From contig CP075494.1 in assembly GCA_021613535.1 (NCBI GenBank), positions 12,276,001-12,340,000 on the forward strand: a stretch of DNA of 64,000 nucleotides, in the 5' to 3' direction. Origin of the DNA: Adineta vaga (taxonomy: Eukaryota > Animalia > Rotifera). The stretch's first letter is position 1, and every line of letters starts with the position of its first letter. The position numbers were made by a program, and so were the translations under genes. The notes beneath the pieces were generated by a model, which did no database searches, had not been told where the DNA came from, and was given only the letters and a program-made list of their open reading frames with translations. Below, one piece after another: positions 25,548 to 43,217 of the stretch.

Positions 25548-28168
25548 ATGGCAGCAAATCTAAAAACGAAATCATCAGCTTCGTTGGTGAATCCTTTTTT
25601 CTTTATCTTCGATTTTTATATGATGCAAGGAGCATCCGATGATAATGATGTACTTCCCGAAGCAATTCTATACTTCTATCCAATAGATGAGCAAGCTAAA
25701 ACACAAGTAAATATTTATTCGAATGTTCTCATTTGACTTTTTCTTTCATTTGAAAATTAGAAACTTTTAGAATGTGGTGAACTTGTTGGAATGGTTCAAT
25801 ATTTTCAACATGATCTTTTTCGATCCATATCTCGAACATTTCATTTTGACAAAACATTAGTCGTTCATGAACACTATGGTAGACATAGTGGTGTAAATAT
25901 TTCCTTTATTGCAAATATTTCAATTGACTTTTTTCTCTCATTGTTTTTTTTTAAGTTCTTAGTCACTTCACATGATACATGTGTTGAAGAAGAAGCACGA
26001 ATTCATTTGAAAAATATTATGAATATATTTAATATTCTCTATGGTACGTGGAATCATGTACAGGGAGTAAATAATATACAAGCAATGATTTATTTTCAAC
26101 GATGAGAATACATTCATCTTTCTAGGTTTATGGAACAGACAAAAGAATGAATACATTTCTTAATCAAGCATTAACACCAATTGTGAATTATGTATTAAAT
26201 CAACCTAGATCAATTCCATATCTATTTTCAACGATTGGATATACACCATTAAAGAAAGTATGTATGAGAATGAGAAAAATAAGACATCATTTCGAATTTA
26301 TCTATTCTTTGATAGGAAAATGGCAAAGTATTATTAGAATGTAAACATTGTATTGATTATTTGAAATTAATGTATGGTATGAAAAATGGTTTACTTGGAT
26401 ATGATCGAAAGTAGATGAAATGAATGTCATTGAATTGAAAATAATAATTTATTTTTATAGAATTCTATATTCTTCATTTGATATTGATACAAATTATTCT
26501 TTACAATTTATTTTTCAATTAAGAAATGAGTTACCAGTAAGTAGATTTTCATCTTACAATGAATGTAAATTGTAATGTAACTGCAATAGAAGAGAATATT
26601 TTTCTAGCAACAAAGAACATCTTTATAAATTCTTGATATATTTCATAGGATGACTTGATATGTATACCATGGGATTCTGATTTCAAACTAAAAAATGGTG
26701 TATCATTATTTCGATTATATCTTCCTCGATCATCACAAATTACTACGGATTCTACATCTAATATTAATACAACGACTACTGAAATTCATCCACCTGCAAC
26801 TCCTCCAAAAATGATCACATTACCGATAAATATTCTTGATGATTCAGCAACTTCATGTGACGAATCGTTATCGTTAAGAAATCGATTTTACAATGACGAA
26901 TTCTCACCATCACTTCCCGATCGCAGACGACGTGGTATGTTGATACCAACAGATCAATCTGGTTCATCGGAAGAACGAGGTTTTGATACAGATACCATGG
27001 ATGAATCATCATCCATAAGTGCTATTGATGATATTAGTGTTTCCTCTTTATCAAACAGTGAACCATCATGTGACATCGTTGAACAAGTAATGAGTACTAA
27101 TTATTATTAAGCTTCATCTAAATGATTATTCATTGTTTTAGAATTTATTTGAAGTCCCATTGACAGATGAACAGAAAATAGAAAATTTACGATCACGTTC
27201 ATCTACATTAAGTAATGATATGGAAAAAACTATAGAAATAGACTATATGAACAATACAACAGAAACAATCGATCGGATTCATATCACACAAATTGATTCA
27301 TTTGAAAATAGTGATGATGATAATATTGAAGATTTTCAAATAATTCATCGAAGACCTCATCCACGAACAGCAACAGTAACAAGCAATTCTGATGCAAAGA
27401 AAGTAGATTTTCTTAAAAGTGATCGTCATGAAATGTTAGTCAGTTGGACAAATATACCCGATCGAAATAATGAACAAGAACGCGATGAACTTGTTTTATA
27501 TGTACAAAGAAATTCTCGAATGGCATTTGCAGGCGTCATGGAACAGAAGTTATTGACTGATGAATATCTCAAAACATTGGTGAGGATTTAAGTAATCAAT
27601 TTATTTCGTTTTATTAATTGAGAAAAATAAGTTTGTCTGTGAATGAACAATTGTTAGAGTTTACTCTCTGTTTCATAGTGGAATTTCATGCTCACACAAA
27701 TGGCACATATGGAATCTGAAATTCATGCTGTATCTACAGCAAACGAAGTTATGGTAAACATCGTTTCTTTTTCAAATAATCGAATAATTATTTCGATATT
27801 TTAGAAACTATTTAATGATGCCAGATTTCAATTTAATGAAAATACTTGTAATGCTGAATGTAAGAAATCTAAATTATATAAATCAGTTCTGTCTTGATTT
27901 TGTTGAATTTTCAGTCGAACAAGCAGTTGATGGAGTACGAACTTATCGAAAACTACCCACAGATGAAAGTTCATACATGGCATTTTTAGCTCGAACAGAA
28001 CTTAATCGAGATCCAGATCGAAAAATTATTGGACTTTCGTAAGAGCTTTGATTCAAGAAAGAAATCTTTTATTTGTATTTTTCATTTAGACGAGGAAGTC
28101 ATCTTGTAACTGCTGATCGACGTTTACCAGATCGTACTATTTATTCCCCACGACGAATTCAAGATTAA
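25548..28168 (+). CDS. HPS4: HPS4-like (BLOC-3 subunit, longin domains)
   Basis: N-terminal FFFIFD...AILYFYP......|KLLECGELVGMV matches the HPS4 first longin domain (ICYFYP..LLCGQ.AG). Long acidic/Ser-rich middle region, then LVLYVQ; stop TAA 28166-28168. Confidence 0.7.
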
Positions 28169-28383
28169 ATAAAGGAGAGATACATATTGCAATGAGAGAA
28201 CGAAGTATTTCATCGAAATTAATTTTCATGGTTTGTCATTTTTTTAATAAAAGATTTTATATATATATTATGATGATTTGCTATAGCTTTTGTTTATATC
28301 TTCGTTGTATCTCAATACCCGAGCAATAGATACGAACATTATTACAAAACTGAAGAAGAATAAAGAAAAAATAAATAAATGAT

Positions 28384-31300
28384 TTATCGAGGAAACATAA
28401 CAATAAGGCAGACAATAATTGCTGTTAAATAAATAAAAAAGAATGTTCGATCAAGTACAAGTGCAACTTGTTTCCAATCATTTACTGTTTTGGCTTTTGC
28501 TTCTTTATCTTCCATACGTTTTCTTGTTGTTCGTAGAAAATCTCGAATTTCTTTCAAATCACTTTCAACTGTCATAAATGTAATTGATGCGGATATTTGT
28601 TGTTGAATTTGTTGTGCAATGGAATTCTCTTGATTTAATTGATGATGATGGTGATGATGATGATGATGTGAATGTGGATGATGAGAATTATGATCATTCA
28701 TCATTTCTAATGTTTCTAACGAATCATTATTAGTTGTAGTTACAGTACGTTTATCACCCGCCGATTTAAAACGTTCTTTGAGTAATTCAAATTTTTCGAA
28801 TTTATCACCATCACAGGTGGCTTTTATTGGTGAAACTAATCCATTGACTGCATGTTGTTGATATACATTGGTATGTGGTACCATAAGAAATAATGGAGCA
28901 AGCCATTCAAGAAAAATCTAAATAATTATTATTTTTGATAAAATATAGACAAATTCTTTTAAATTAAAGAATCAACGAACTCTTCGGAGCATTGGTGGCA
29001 TTGGTCCATTGCCTCGAAAATATATGTGGACGACTATTGTACATAGAAATGTTGATGTAGCAATCATTCCCATATTTAAACAATAATATGCGCCTAAAAA
29101 GAAGATCATTAAATATGAAATCAATTCTTGCTAGAAGTTTGCATCTTTCTCCATTCTCATTTTTTTTCTTGAAGAATCGAGTTGATACCGATATTTGTCG
29201 ACTCATCATTTTGTTATATGATACGGATAAAATTTTCGATGAATATACTTCCTTTCGTTTTAAGATTGAAATTCTTTCGGAAAAAAGAAGAAACAACATA
29301 CAATCAAACACTTACATTATGTGAAACTATACCCTAGGAAATTACTCGATGCATACTCATAATCAAGAGGCGACACGAGGGAATTCAACTGAACATTCTA
29401 TCAAGTAACAATAAGAAGAAAAGGTCTGAATCGCATTCATGTCGTCATTGTTAGTCACTTTTCAATCTCGTATTGTGTACTAAAGACTTACCTATTGATG
29501 TTACTCTATCTTAAATTAGTATATATCTTTTGTTCTATAAGATCTACTTTATCTGCCCATTGACCTGAAGGATAGAAATGTTCTTTGTCTAATTTATAAG
29601 TGAACAGATAGATATTTTTCTATCAAATTTCTTATTTCTGCTCTTTGCAGAATTGATAAAGGCTAATTTTGCTTCCTGTTCAAAACAAAAGAGTGCACAC
29701 TTAAACATTCATTCATCATTTTACACTTCAACAGAAATCTATTTCAAACACTCACTTTCTACAAATGAAGAAAAAACACACACACACATCAAGTAAGTAT
29801 TTTGAAATGTCTATATATTGTGTTTTTATTACGATTGCTTTCATTGAAAGAAATATGGGAAATACTTTGTATTGCGTTTCCGAACATACTTATCTTTCAT
29901 CATCGTTTATTGAGAAAAAGTAATAGATCATCAGAGAAACAAAAAACATGATTAACTTACCAATACGAGGAATATGTTCAGCATTTGATGGCATATTTTT
30001 GTATAACAGAAGCAACAACACAAAAAATGATGTAAATATATTCATTCCTATTCGTTTAAATTTAAATTTTTATATAGAAAAAAAAAGAAGATATATAGAT
30101 ATAATCAACTTACCAAGTACGAGCTTTGATGGACTTTCAGGCTAAGATTAGAAAGAAAGAAAAGAAAGAAGGTATTTAAAACACATTTCATCCAGAAGAA
30201 ATTCGTCATTACTGGTAACCAAAACAGAATACATGTCAAACATGATAGCAAAACACATGGTAAAATTAAAATATAATTATAGAATCCACCTCGTCGTTCA
30301 AGTGTAATATTAAATTTTAAATCAACATAAATTTCTGGGCAACAATCTAGGTTAAAGAAAAAAGGATTCAAAACAGGATAAATATTTCTTTTCATATGCG
30401 ACAAAAAGAATTTTTACCATATTTTTCTTCATTCCGTGAAGCATTATTATAAGTTATTTCCCATTCATTCGATAAAACATAAGATCGAAGATCAAATCGA
30501 TTGATATTACGATAGAATTGTAGGTTAACTTTCGAACTATCATATGTCCATGAACCAAATTTCATCGTACAATTTTGTCGATCGTAAGGAAAGCGTCTAG
30601 GAAAGGTTAAATAAAATTCATGAAGAAAAAACAAGAACCATAGTTTCGTACCGAATATCAATTTGACATGTTGACTTAAAAATTGACATCGGTTTCCAAA
30701 AAACAGTTCCATTGTAATAAACAGTTGCTAATACTTCACGTTTCTCTTCAAGACGCGTATCAGCACTAGAAAAAAGAAATTTATCTAAGTTAGGCTAATA
30801 TTATGATCAGTAAGCATGTTGATCTCTCTAGGAGTCGGGTAAATGGATATCCTCAAGGCATATTGTCCTTTTCTCTGTCTCTCTCTCTCTGCCTCTCCCT
30901 TTTTTTCTTCTTGCTGGTTATTCTGAAAAAAAAAGATGAATGACTTGCAGATGGTTTCTTAACTGAATTTATCTTTTGGGATTCTAATGACAAACTTACT
31001 AGTTGTACAACGTCACATCTGGTTGCCAAATACGTTTAATAGGAAGACGGATATCGATAAGATTATCTAGAAAAAAATGAAAAATTATTCTTGTTATTCT
31101 CATTCGTTTGTTTCCTCTCTATTCACCATAATCTTCGGGATCCCTAAAATATAAACAAAATCAACATGTTTTACAATTAAAAAAGAATAACAAGTTAACT
31201 TACCATGTCAATGCTTCGTCGTCCCATTCCTACGAAGAAAAAAAAACACATTAAAGATAACAAGTCTACATATAAACATCGAGATCTACATACATAGATT

Positions 31301-31660
31301 TGCCATTGATTTGTAATTAATACTTGATTTTTCTCATCCTAAATACAAACTCATTAATCTTTATTTTTTATTTGTTTATGTCATATATACCAGATCACTG
31401 ATATGAATAAGTTGCAAACCAAATCGTACTTCGACATCTTCAGACATATTTCTAACAGGACGTCCCCATTTAACTTGATAATTATCAAGTAAATCACAAA
31501 TCAGCCGTTGTTCAGCATTCCATGTGAGAATTCGTTCACGATTACATTTTTGTTCGAAAGAAAAATTAACTTAAAATAAATCCTAGAACTAATAAATTTA
31601 TATTTTCTTCGAATTTATCTTACCAAAAGTTGAGAAAAAGATAAGAAATAAGAACAACAT
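28384..31660 (-). CDS. Nicotinic acetylcholine receptor alpha-type subunit (Cys-loop), predicted anion-selective clade
   Basis: Signal peptide; RPVRN; IWQPDVTLYN; Cys loop CQIDIRRFPYDRQNC; FGSWTYD; loop C YDCCPEIY with vicinal Cys; TM1 LILPCVLLS..FWLP; M1-M2 linker PESPSK; TM4 DWKQVALVLDR. Confidence 0.93.
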
Positions 31661-31814
31661 TATTGCTATTATTATTATTATTATTAATGGAATTGAACTG
31701 ATTTAAAATTTATAAAATAATACGACTTAGCTTCAATGTCGTCTATGTTAAGAATAGTGCTTCGATTGTTGTTAGTTTTCTTTTTTTTCGCTATATTTTC
31801 TTCTATCCTGATGA

Positions 31815-31905
31815 AGAGAGAAGAAGATAGAGAGAGAGAGAGAGGGAGGAAAAAACGGAAAATGCTTCTAGAGTATGACGTGCTCGTTCTCGCGAGAGCG
31901 AGAGA
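31815..31905. promoter_or_regulatory. GA-repeat region with a CTCG near-palindrome upstream of the nAChR gene
   Basis: (GA)n run plus ctcgttctcg-cgagagcgag (31883-31902), about 230 bp upstream of the ATG. Regulatory function is inferred only. Confidence 0.3.
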
Positions 31906-33721
31906 TGATAGATTTTTACTAGCCGTTTCTTCAAGTGTCGTGTCCCGATTAGAGTATTATCTCTCTACTCTCCTTTTTTCGCTTGAACTGCATTGCCAAG
32001 AGAGGCAGCGATATAGATACTTGGAAATATTTGCTTTACGCGAATATAGCGAGAGAGGAGGAGACAGAGGGAGAGAGAAACGCTTGCTTGAATAGAAACA
32101 TTCATTTCTTCTCTGTATGTAAAATAAAGCGACAATTGAATCATTATTTTATTATTAGAATAGACTTATATTAAAAAAAAAAGGAAGGAGGAAAAAGAGG
32201 AAGACGAAGACGAAGACGATGCTGACGATGAAGTTCATCGGCACTTTTCTATAACGCACATTGAGTGTCTCTTTCGATTATCTCTCTCGTGTATGTACGC
32301 ATTCAGCTCAGCAGTAGATTTTTTGATTGACTGATGTACTAAGAGAGAAGACAAGCGCTCGTCAGCATGTGTCTCCTGATGTAGGAAATGTGATTATAGG
32401 CGTTCTGTCATCATCATTTTCTTTTATTGCATTCATTGATCAAACAATCTACAAACTCTATCAAGGTATCAACTTCAGAATTAAGATAGATAAACATCAT
32501 ATTTTGATCTGTTTGTTATTTTTAGTCGAACAAAGAATGTCAAAGATAAATCGATCAGATGGTAGAAATGATTGCTTGAGGATTTGAGAATAGAATCAAA
32601 CAGACAACATCGATCGTAATAATGTAAGCTTTCATTTATTAATCGGATTGTATGCATTCATCAACATAGTTTGAATAACATGCAATAGGAAGAGAGAGAG
32701 AGAGATGGGTGGGGGGAGAGAAAGAAAGAAATACACGCACGACCATCATTGAGACCGAACAAGTGTATGGATTCATCATTTTTCAACGTCATTAGCATCC
32801 GGTTTTGTTACTATTCATTTCTATCAAATCTACTCATTTCTTTTCTATTTACATTCTACAATAACTTTGGCAATTGTATCGGATTTGTGTTTAATTATTT
32901 TCCTTTTTCTTTTATGTTCAAGCTTAGATTATTAGCTTTGTTCATCTCGATAGTACTGAGTAAATAATAATCCGATAGAAAAATAATATCAATTATTTGT
33001 TCTTAAAAAAAAGAACTTTTAATCACGCTACAGTAAAGAAAAAGAAACTTATTAGTTTTCTATTCAACGATTCTGTTTTCCCCAGTAATATTAATTAGAT
33101 TTCGACATCATGTTCGTCTCTGTACTTCGTTCAATTATGACGAAAGAATGTTCAAGGAAAAACTTAACTTTTCTAATTATTTACATAAGACAAATCGTTT
33201 GGAAAAACTTCACGCATCACATATGATAATAATGAGTAGAATTATAACGTCCATTATCAAAATTATATGGTTACTACTTTGATAAATTGTTAGCAATATT
33301 TAAACATTCTCTGTTGTTGTCACTCTGGTTGATGAGAAGTTTCTTTTTCATGATATTGAAATGACCTCAATGAATCATTCATGAGTATGATTAAAACGAA
33401 GAAAATAACGATAGTTTATACATCCGTTATTGTAATCGTTGTCAATCGAGAAGAATTATATTTCCGAAATCTCATTTCTACTATTAGCTCATTATCGATC
33501 GATAGAAATGAAGCATAAAAAAAAAGAGATTTGCATATCGTTCTGAACAGTTCGTTGAACATTGAAAGATTCGGAGAGAATGATAATCGATTTTGACCAT
33601 TTACTTTAAAAACAACAACAAAGAAGAAAAAAAAAGAATGAGGAACGCAGACATGAATAGATTTATTGAATAAAATAACAGAGAAAGAAAGAGAACTAAA
33701 ATCGAAGAAGATGCCTTTTCT

Positions 33722-37015
<3,294 letters not shown>

Positions 37016-37533
37016 CTATTTATTGGAAAGAACAAATTAACGAATAGAATTGACAGATAGTGCCTCTCTGTATGTGTCGCTAGTTCTAGATGAAAAATAT
37101 AAATAAATAAATAACTTTCAAATTATACTAATGGGTGATTTAAAAACAATATGGTGCCAGTTTCTAATTTCGTCGTCACAAATAAATAATAGGGAATTCA
37201 TAGATTACTACAATATATTCTCTGAAACAAGCGATATAGAATGTAAATACAATACTGAATGAATTTATATCTGAACGACACTATAAGCTTCATTTTGCAG
37301 CTGGACTTATATCTATATTTCTTCAATTAAGCTTTGAGAAACAAGATTTTTTCAGAAGCATCTAATCTACTTTTTTTCTGTATGCTAAAGCTAAATCTAT
37401 GAAAAAGCAACATTTTTAGTATTATAAAACTTCAATATTTTATCGAAAATAATTAGTATAATTGAGAGTTTTATGTACTCATGAAGAAAAACTTCAATCT
37501 CGATCATCAAGTATATTTTTAGCATTGTCTTGA

Positions 37534-40500
37534 TCACCCATGGACTGTTCGTTTCCTATAATTGAAGTCTTTGAATTCCTTTGGCTCTTTTCGTAATTGT
37601 AGCGTCGGACTTCGAAGCTGTCTCGATAGTGTTCGCTCTGGATTCATCGTGCGTCTTTCTTTATTTTTTCTTGATGAAATTGTCGTTGATTTTTTTAGGT
37701 TTTTCTGTGCAGTTACTCGCTTTTGCTCGTCCATATGTTGCGATCGAATTATAATATATAGAACAATTGTCCAAAATCCTTCTAAACAAGTAAAGATGAT
37801 AAATAACCATCCTAGCACATCAGCAGCTTCTCTATCAACAAAAGTGATCGATGGACCAAACACCCATCCAATTCCTTGCGTAATACAGGATGATAGTAAA
37901 ACAAGTACGCATCGTTTCATTCGTTCGTACGACTGATGTGGAGATGTGGCATGTCGAACATGACTGATGATTCGACTACCAACAAGGATCATGATCAACA
38001 CATTAATCAACAAGAAAATACCAGCAGGAATTGTCATGAAATAATAAATCACATCACGTGTAAACCAACAGAGTCTATATGGATAGAGTTTTGTAATATG
38101 AGAAGACGAATTAGAATCAAATCCAATCGCCAATGAAACACATGCCACAGAAATGAAGAACGAGATCAGCAACATGAAACATAGTCTTCGATATGATGGC
38201 TCAGGAAACAGATAAACAAATCGAAGATAGTTAAAATAACCAACACTTGTCTTCACACAAAACATGAAGATCAAGAGAAAGTAGGTAACAAACATTAACA
38301 CAGTCGAACTCAAGAAACATGGCTGTTCGTTTGAAGATGGTGTCCTTGTATAGACTGTCATTGCTAGTGCAATGAAGAAAATGAAAAGAAGTGTTGTACT
38401 TGCAGCTGATAACAATGGAAGAAGAAGACGTGCTTCGATAGCTACAAGAGGATTACAGAATCGAGATCCTAATCCGTGAGCAATGACAATGATGAAACAG
38501 AGAATGGATATGCATTGAAATACCAGTGATGCAATGTCTTGAGGCTCGAGTTTAGATTTAGTTGAACCATTGGGTAGCCAAATGAGAGCAAATGTCGTGT
38601 TATGATTGCAGTGACATTCGAATCGCTTGTAGATCTTATTATAGTGAGCTGGCGAACATCCATTTTCATCCCAAGTACGATTGATTGTGTTATAGTATGA
38701 ACAACGATAGTCTTGATCATCGTTTCGAGTATATTTATTGAAAAGCTTAAAGTATAAGAAGACATTGATTGTAGTATTGGTGTTGTTAATTTTTTGTACG
38801 GAAAAGACAACAAGTGATGAAACAATCGTTTTGTTAGTGATGTTGTCTGCATTTGCGAATGATGTTGGATCATTAATGATGAGAATTTTGAGTGCTGTGA
38901 CATCTTTCAAAGTCTGATTGTCAACAATAGCTGCTGTCAATAGATCTGGATTGTTGATTCTCTCATTTTTATTCTGTGTATTAACGACACGTCCAGTTTT
39001 GTCATCTTTGACGGATACACCCAAGACGAATACATTTTCATTATCGGTTTTAGTTGATTGAATCATTATAGATGACGAATTTGAGTTTTTGAGCCCATCG
39101 ATTTGATCCATACTGGTAATAATTTCATCGATCTTTTGTATCGTGAACGTGCCAGTTAGATTTGCGTCTGGATCCGGATTTTTGATTACATCAAAGTACA
39201 AAATAAATGCGTCAGCTTTTTGGTTATCTGTTGTATTGGTGGAGTTTAGTATATCCAATGCTATATTCTATTAGAGAAAAGAGATGTAGATGAAAATGGA
39301 ACTTGATGATATTGCATACTATGCCTGCTTCTTTGGAAGTACACGTATCATTGGATAGGTACACTGGAGTTGAACTGTTACATTTGTCAGTGTTATATGA
39401 AACTGAAATATTAGTTTTCGCTGTTGTGGGTGGGCTCATATAAGTAGAATTAAGTTGGTTGTCATGCGTGGTCGAGGAAGTTATTGTTGAATTCATTATT
39501 GTTATCGGTACTGTGTTAACGCTTACTGTATGAATTTGTGTGCTCTGAGAGATGGCTGTTGTAATAGTTGTAGTGCTTTCGATCGAGTCGGTCGGTGTTT
39601 TGGCCGTAAAAGCCGGTGTACTTATATTCAACGATGTTGTTGTTGTGGTGGTTGTTGTTAGTAGTGATGTATATGTTTTTTCGCGCTCTGTCACGCTCGC
39701 AGATGTAGAGTCGACATGCGTAAATAATTCTGGTGATGATGAAATACTTGTAGAATACTCTGCAAAAAGACTTGCAGCAAGATCCGTATTAGTCGAAATA
39801 CCAGACGTTTTTTCAGTAGATATATTAAGATCTGTTGTTATTTTAGTATCTGATAATGTTGTATTTGGTGTTAATACAGACGTAAATAGCACAATACTAC
39901 TGGCAGTAGTAAGAGATAATCCTGCAGTTGTGGATAAAGAGGTAGCATCACTTGTAAGTATTATTGTTGTATGTGCTAAAGTAACTACTAGAAAAAATAA
40001 AATATACTGAAACGATAATAAACCGATCGTCTAAATTCTATATGTGCATAGATAACGCATAAGATGAAATCGAATAGAGATTTCGAATAGATCGTGCATA
40101 GTTTTAAATTTTTATTTCATAGAATTAATGAATAATTGTTATATAAGATTCGGATAGACAAAATTAATAATGTCTCAGAGTTTTGGTGAATTTACGATAA
40201 GTAATTAATGCATGTCAATAAACTTATTGTTTATAAATTAGAAGTAGAAAAAAATGAGCAATTTTGCACATATTGTTTGGTTATTCTAATCTATTTCAAG
40301 AGGTGCATAGGTCTATACGATACATACCAAATACAGAGTCAGTAGTTAGATCAGTTTCCGGACTTATACTTTCAGTGATACTAGAAGAGGTTGAAGAGAT
40401 AAGTGCTAAAATAGAAAAATATAATACAGATACTTCAATAAATGACCTATTCTTACTTGTGCTCTCTCCAGAACCATCAGTTATCAACAATGACGTAGCA

Positions 40501-40682
40501 GTTTCACTTCCTAGAAATCTTTCTTGAAGATTAATATGTTGAAGTAATTGATGATGCACAGATTGTTCTAAATCATCATCATCATTTGAAAAAAACACGT
40601 GACTATCTGCTTGTATAGTGATGATAAAGATAAAAAAGATAATGATCAATTGAAAATAGAATTTTCTATCGATATTTCTCAT
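37534..40682 (-). CDS. Adhesion GPCR copy A (signal peptide, Ser/Thr mucin stalk, GAIN/GPS, 7TM)
   Basis: Signal-like MRNIDRKFYFQLIIIFFIFIITIQA; S/T-rich exons; GPS CSYYN...WDENGC...CHCNHNTTFALIW; class B2-type 7TM (CWF; QGIGWVFG; LEGFW). Confidence 0.88.
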
Positions 40683-43141
40683 TCTTTATTTTTGATCTAA
40701 AAATAAATAAATATTGAATTTATTAATCGTAATTTTTTCATTTCACGTATAATACAAAAGTAATTTAGAGACAATCGTGTTTATTTTCACAAATAGATCT
40801 TACTTTCCCTTTGAAAATTATTTTCATTAGAATTATTCTTGATACGAAACATTCTATTGAAGAATAAATAATTCATAATATTTTATATCACAATAACTGA
40901 CATATTTTTTTTACTTCTTTGATATATAAAACTAAAAAAAAAAAGTGTGATCTTTTTCTAGTTATACAAGAGAAGAAAGCAAGAAAAAAACACGAAAAAG
41001 CCATGTTAGGTTTCATATATAAAAATTATCATAAATATTTTACGATCCGATTTAATGTAATCGTCAATTCAATACAGTTAATTAATCATTTCATCAAGTT
41101 TCGATTTGTTGAATGGAAGAATATCTATGTACATTGAATAAAAGTAAATGATACAAATCATGTCAAGGATGTCCATGATTTTGCTTCGAAAAATTTTATC
41201 GTCGTGCTTTCATTCAAATAAGAACATATCTCGTTCTCACTACTCCAATATAATCAACTTCAAAAACACTGTTATGCTTTACAACGAAAATATGTATTTT
41301 ATATTATGTTTCACATCATGTTGACAAGCAAAACAAGTAAAAAATTGCCCATTACAATTCCTTTTATTTTACAATCGTCATTTTCTTTCAAATTATCACG
41401 TATTTAATTCTTATCCCCTGCTGGATGATTTTTAACTCATTCATAAAAATTATAGTTTCCATAATAGTATTAATGATACATTAAATCTAGACGGTTCCTA
41501 TATATTGAGAAGAGCCCTCAACAAGCTATAGGTACATGAAGAGCAAATTTATTTTTAGCGCCACATGACTAAGATATTTTAGTCACAAAACGATGGTTTT
41601 TCGAAAAGGAGTTTGAAGGACTGATGTATATCATCGAGGGTGATACATTTTTGTACAAAAGCATAAATATGCCATTCTAAGCAATAATATCAGTCAAAAA
41701 TGATCCATTCGTAGTATTTTTTTCACAATTAATTATTTTTTCGGTATGAAGTATGAATTGAAAAATTTCGCATAGACCTAATAATCAATTATCAAACCAA
41801 TCTGTTTATTAATGTAACGGTAAAAAAACTCGTAGTTTTGTTATAATCTTCCCTATAAATCATGGCAAAATATATTTCTATATAATTTGAGATGAACAGA
41901 TCACTTTTTACTCATCTCGTATAGGCATAGTGAAACAGTTTTGTTCAAATCAGACTATACCAATGTTATATTGACCACTTGTATAAGTGATTCTCATAGT
42001 CGACTGAACACCAACTCTACTGGATTAGCGTCAGCGGGCAAAAGGATTATTGTGCATGATACAAATTTGAATTAACATTAGTCACGATTATACGTATTGA
42101 TAACGTTATTATCTCGACTTTCAGAAAGCATATGTCTGTTAAAGTAACATGTTCAAAGACTGATATCAATCAATTACGATTAAATATTGAAATAAATATA
42201 AACTGATGTTCAAGAATTTTCATTGTACTATTGGCATATGAAATATATTCCGTTTGAATTGTATATAAAATAAATTCTGCATCACAAAGAAATGTAAAAC
42301 TTAGAAATAAATCATACGAAAACAGTCTTTATTTGGTCTATGTGAACACAAATGTTTTATTAGAGATTTTGTCTGAGAATATAATCAATATCGTGTATTC
42401 TGAAATATATACATGAAGGTCTCTGTATTCTCTTTTGCCATGATTAGGATTATTTTAATCATCAAACATGACATATTGTTGTAGTACATTGAAAATAGTT
42501 TTTTATTGAAATTGAGTTATAAGATATTGTGTTCTTAAAAAATACGTTTCTTTATTTATTTTCTTGTTGGTTATATTTGAAGGACAATCGAAAGTGAAAT
42601 ATAGGATGGTTATTTCTTATTAATAAATTTCTATTCAATTAGTATTTTAGAAAAAATGAGCAATGAGAAATCCTTCGCTGAGCAATATTCTAAATGAATC
42701 TATTTGAGAACATCTGGTAAGACTACTACGATATGTTCAATATGTGTCTAAAAATTCTTTTTGCTGTCGTTACTTCCCTTTTTTTAATCATTGCCTCATG
42801 CAGAATTACTATTTTGAGTATTATGACATATATTTCGAATACATCTATTGATTTATTAATTAAGAGATAAGACTAAACAGATGAGTTTCAAAAGTAGTTT
42901 CATTATTATTCATTATATATTGATATAGTTCATCATTAACCTTGATTGGTAATATGTTGGAATAGCGATGTAGAGGTGGTAATATTATTCGTCGTGTTTG
43001 TCGATATTTCACTTCTGTCTCTCTACTAAAACTACGTTCCTTTTTTCTAACTGCTTCTCTAATATATATCTGAAATTTCGTAGACTGTGATTCTTTTGAT
43101 GTACTAAAATATCGTGAACGAAAAACACGATTTTATTCATA

Positions 43142-43217
43142 CCAATTCCTTGCGTAATACACGACGATTGTGAAATACAGTCGTCGATGTGATGACTCAG
43201 GAAACAGATACACGAAA
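43142..43217 (-). pseudogene. Relic of a fourth adhesion GPCR copy (two fused 7TM fragments)
   Basis: ccaattccttgcgtaatacacgacgat matches copy A near 37867 (SSCITQGIG). It abuts tgaaatacagtcgtcgatgtgatgactcaggaaacagatacacgaaa, which matches copy A near 38175-38220 (FVYLFPEPSYRRL). Confidence 0.75.

Noticed and set aside
30107-30117. caacttaccaag resembling part of the rotifer spliced-leader sequence
   Set aside because: It is simply the reverse complement of an nAChR exon end and splice donor.
31736-32967. Plus-strand ORFs upstream of the nAChR gene
   Set aside because: Products of GA/T-rich low-complexity promoter DNA.
42007-42070. Peptide STGLASAGKRIIVH reminiscent of a Tc1/DDE transposase segment
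   Set aside because: Single short match with no catalytic motifs or TIRs nearby.
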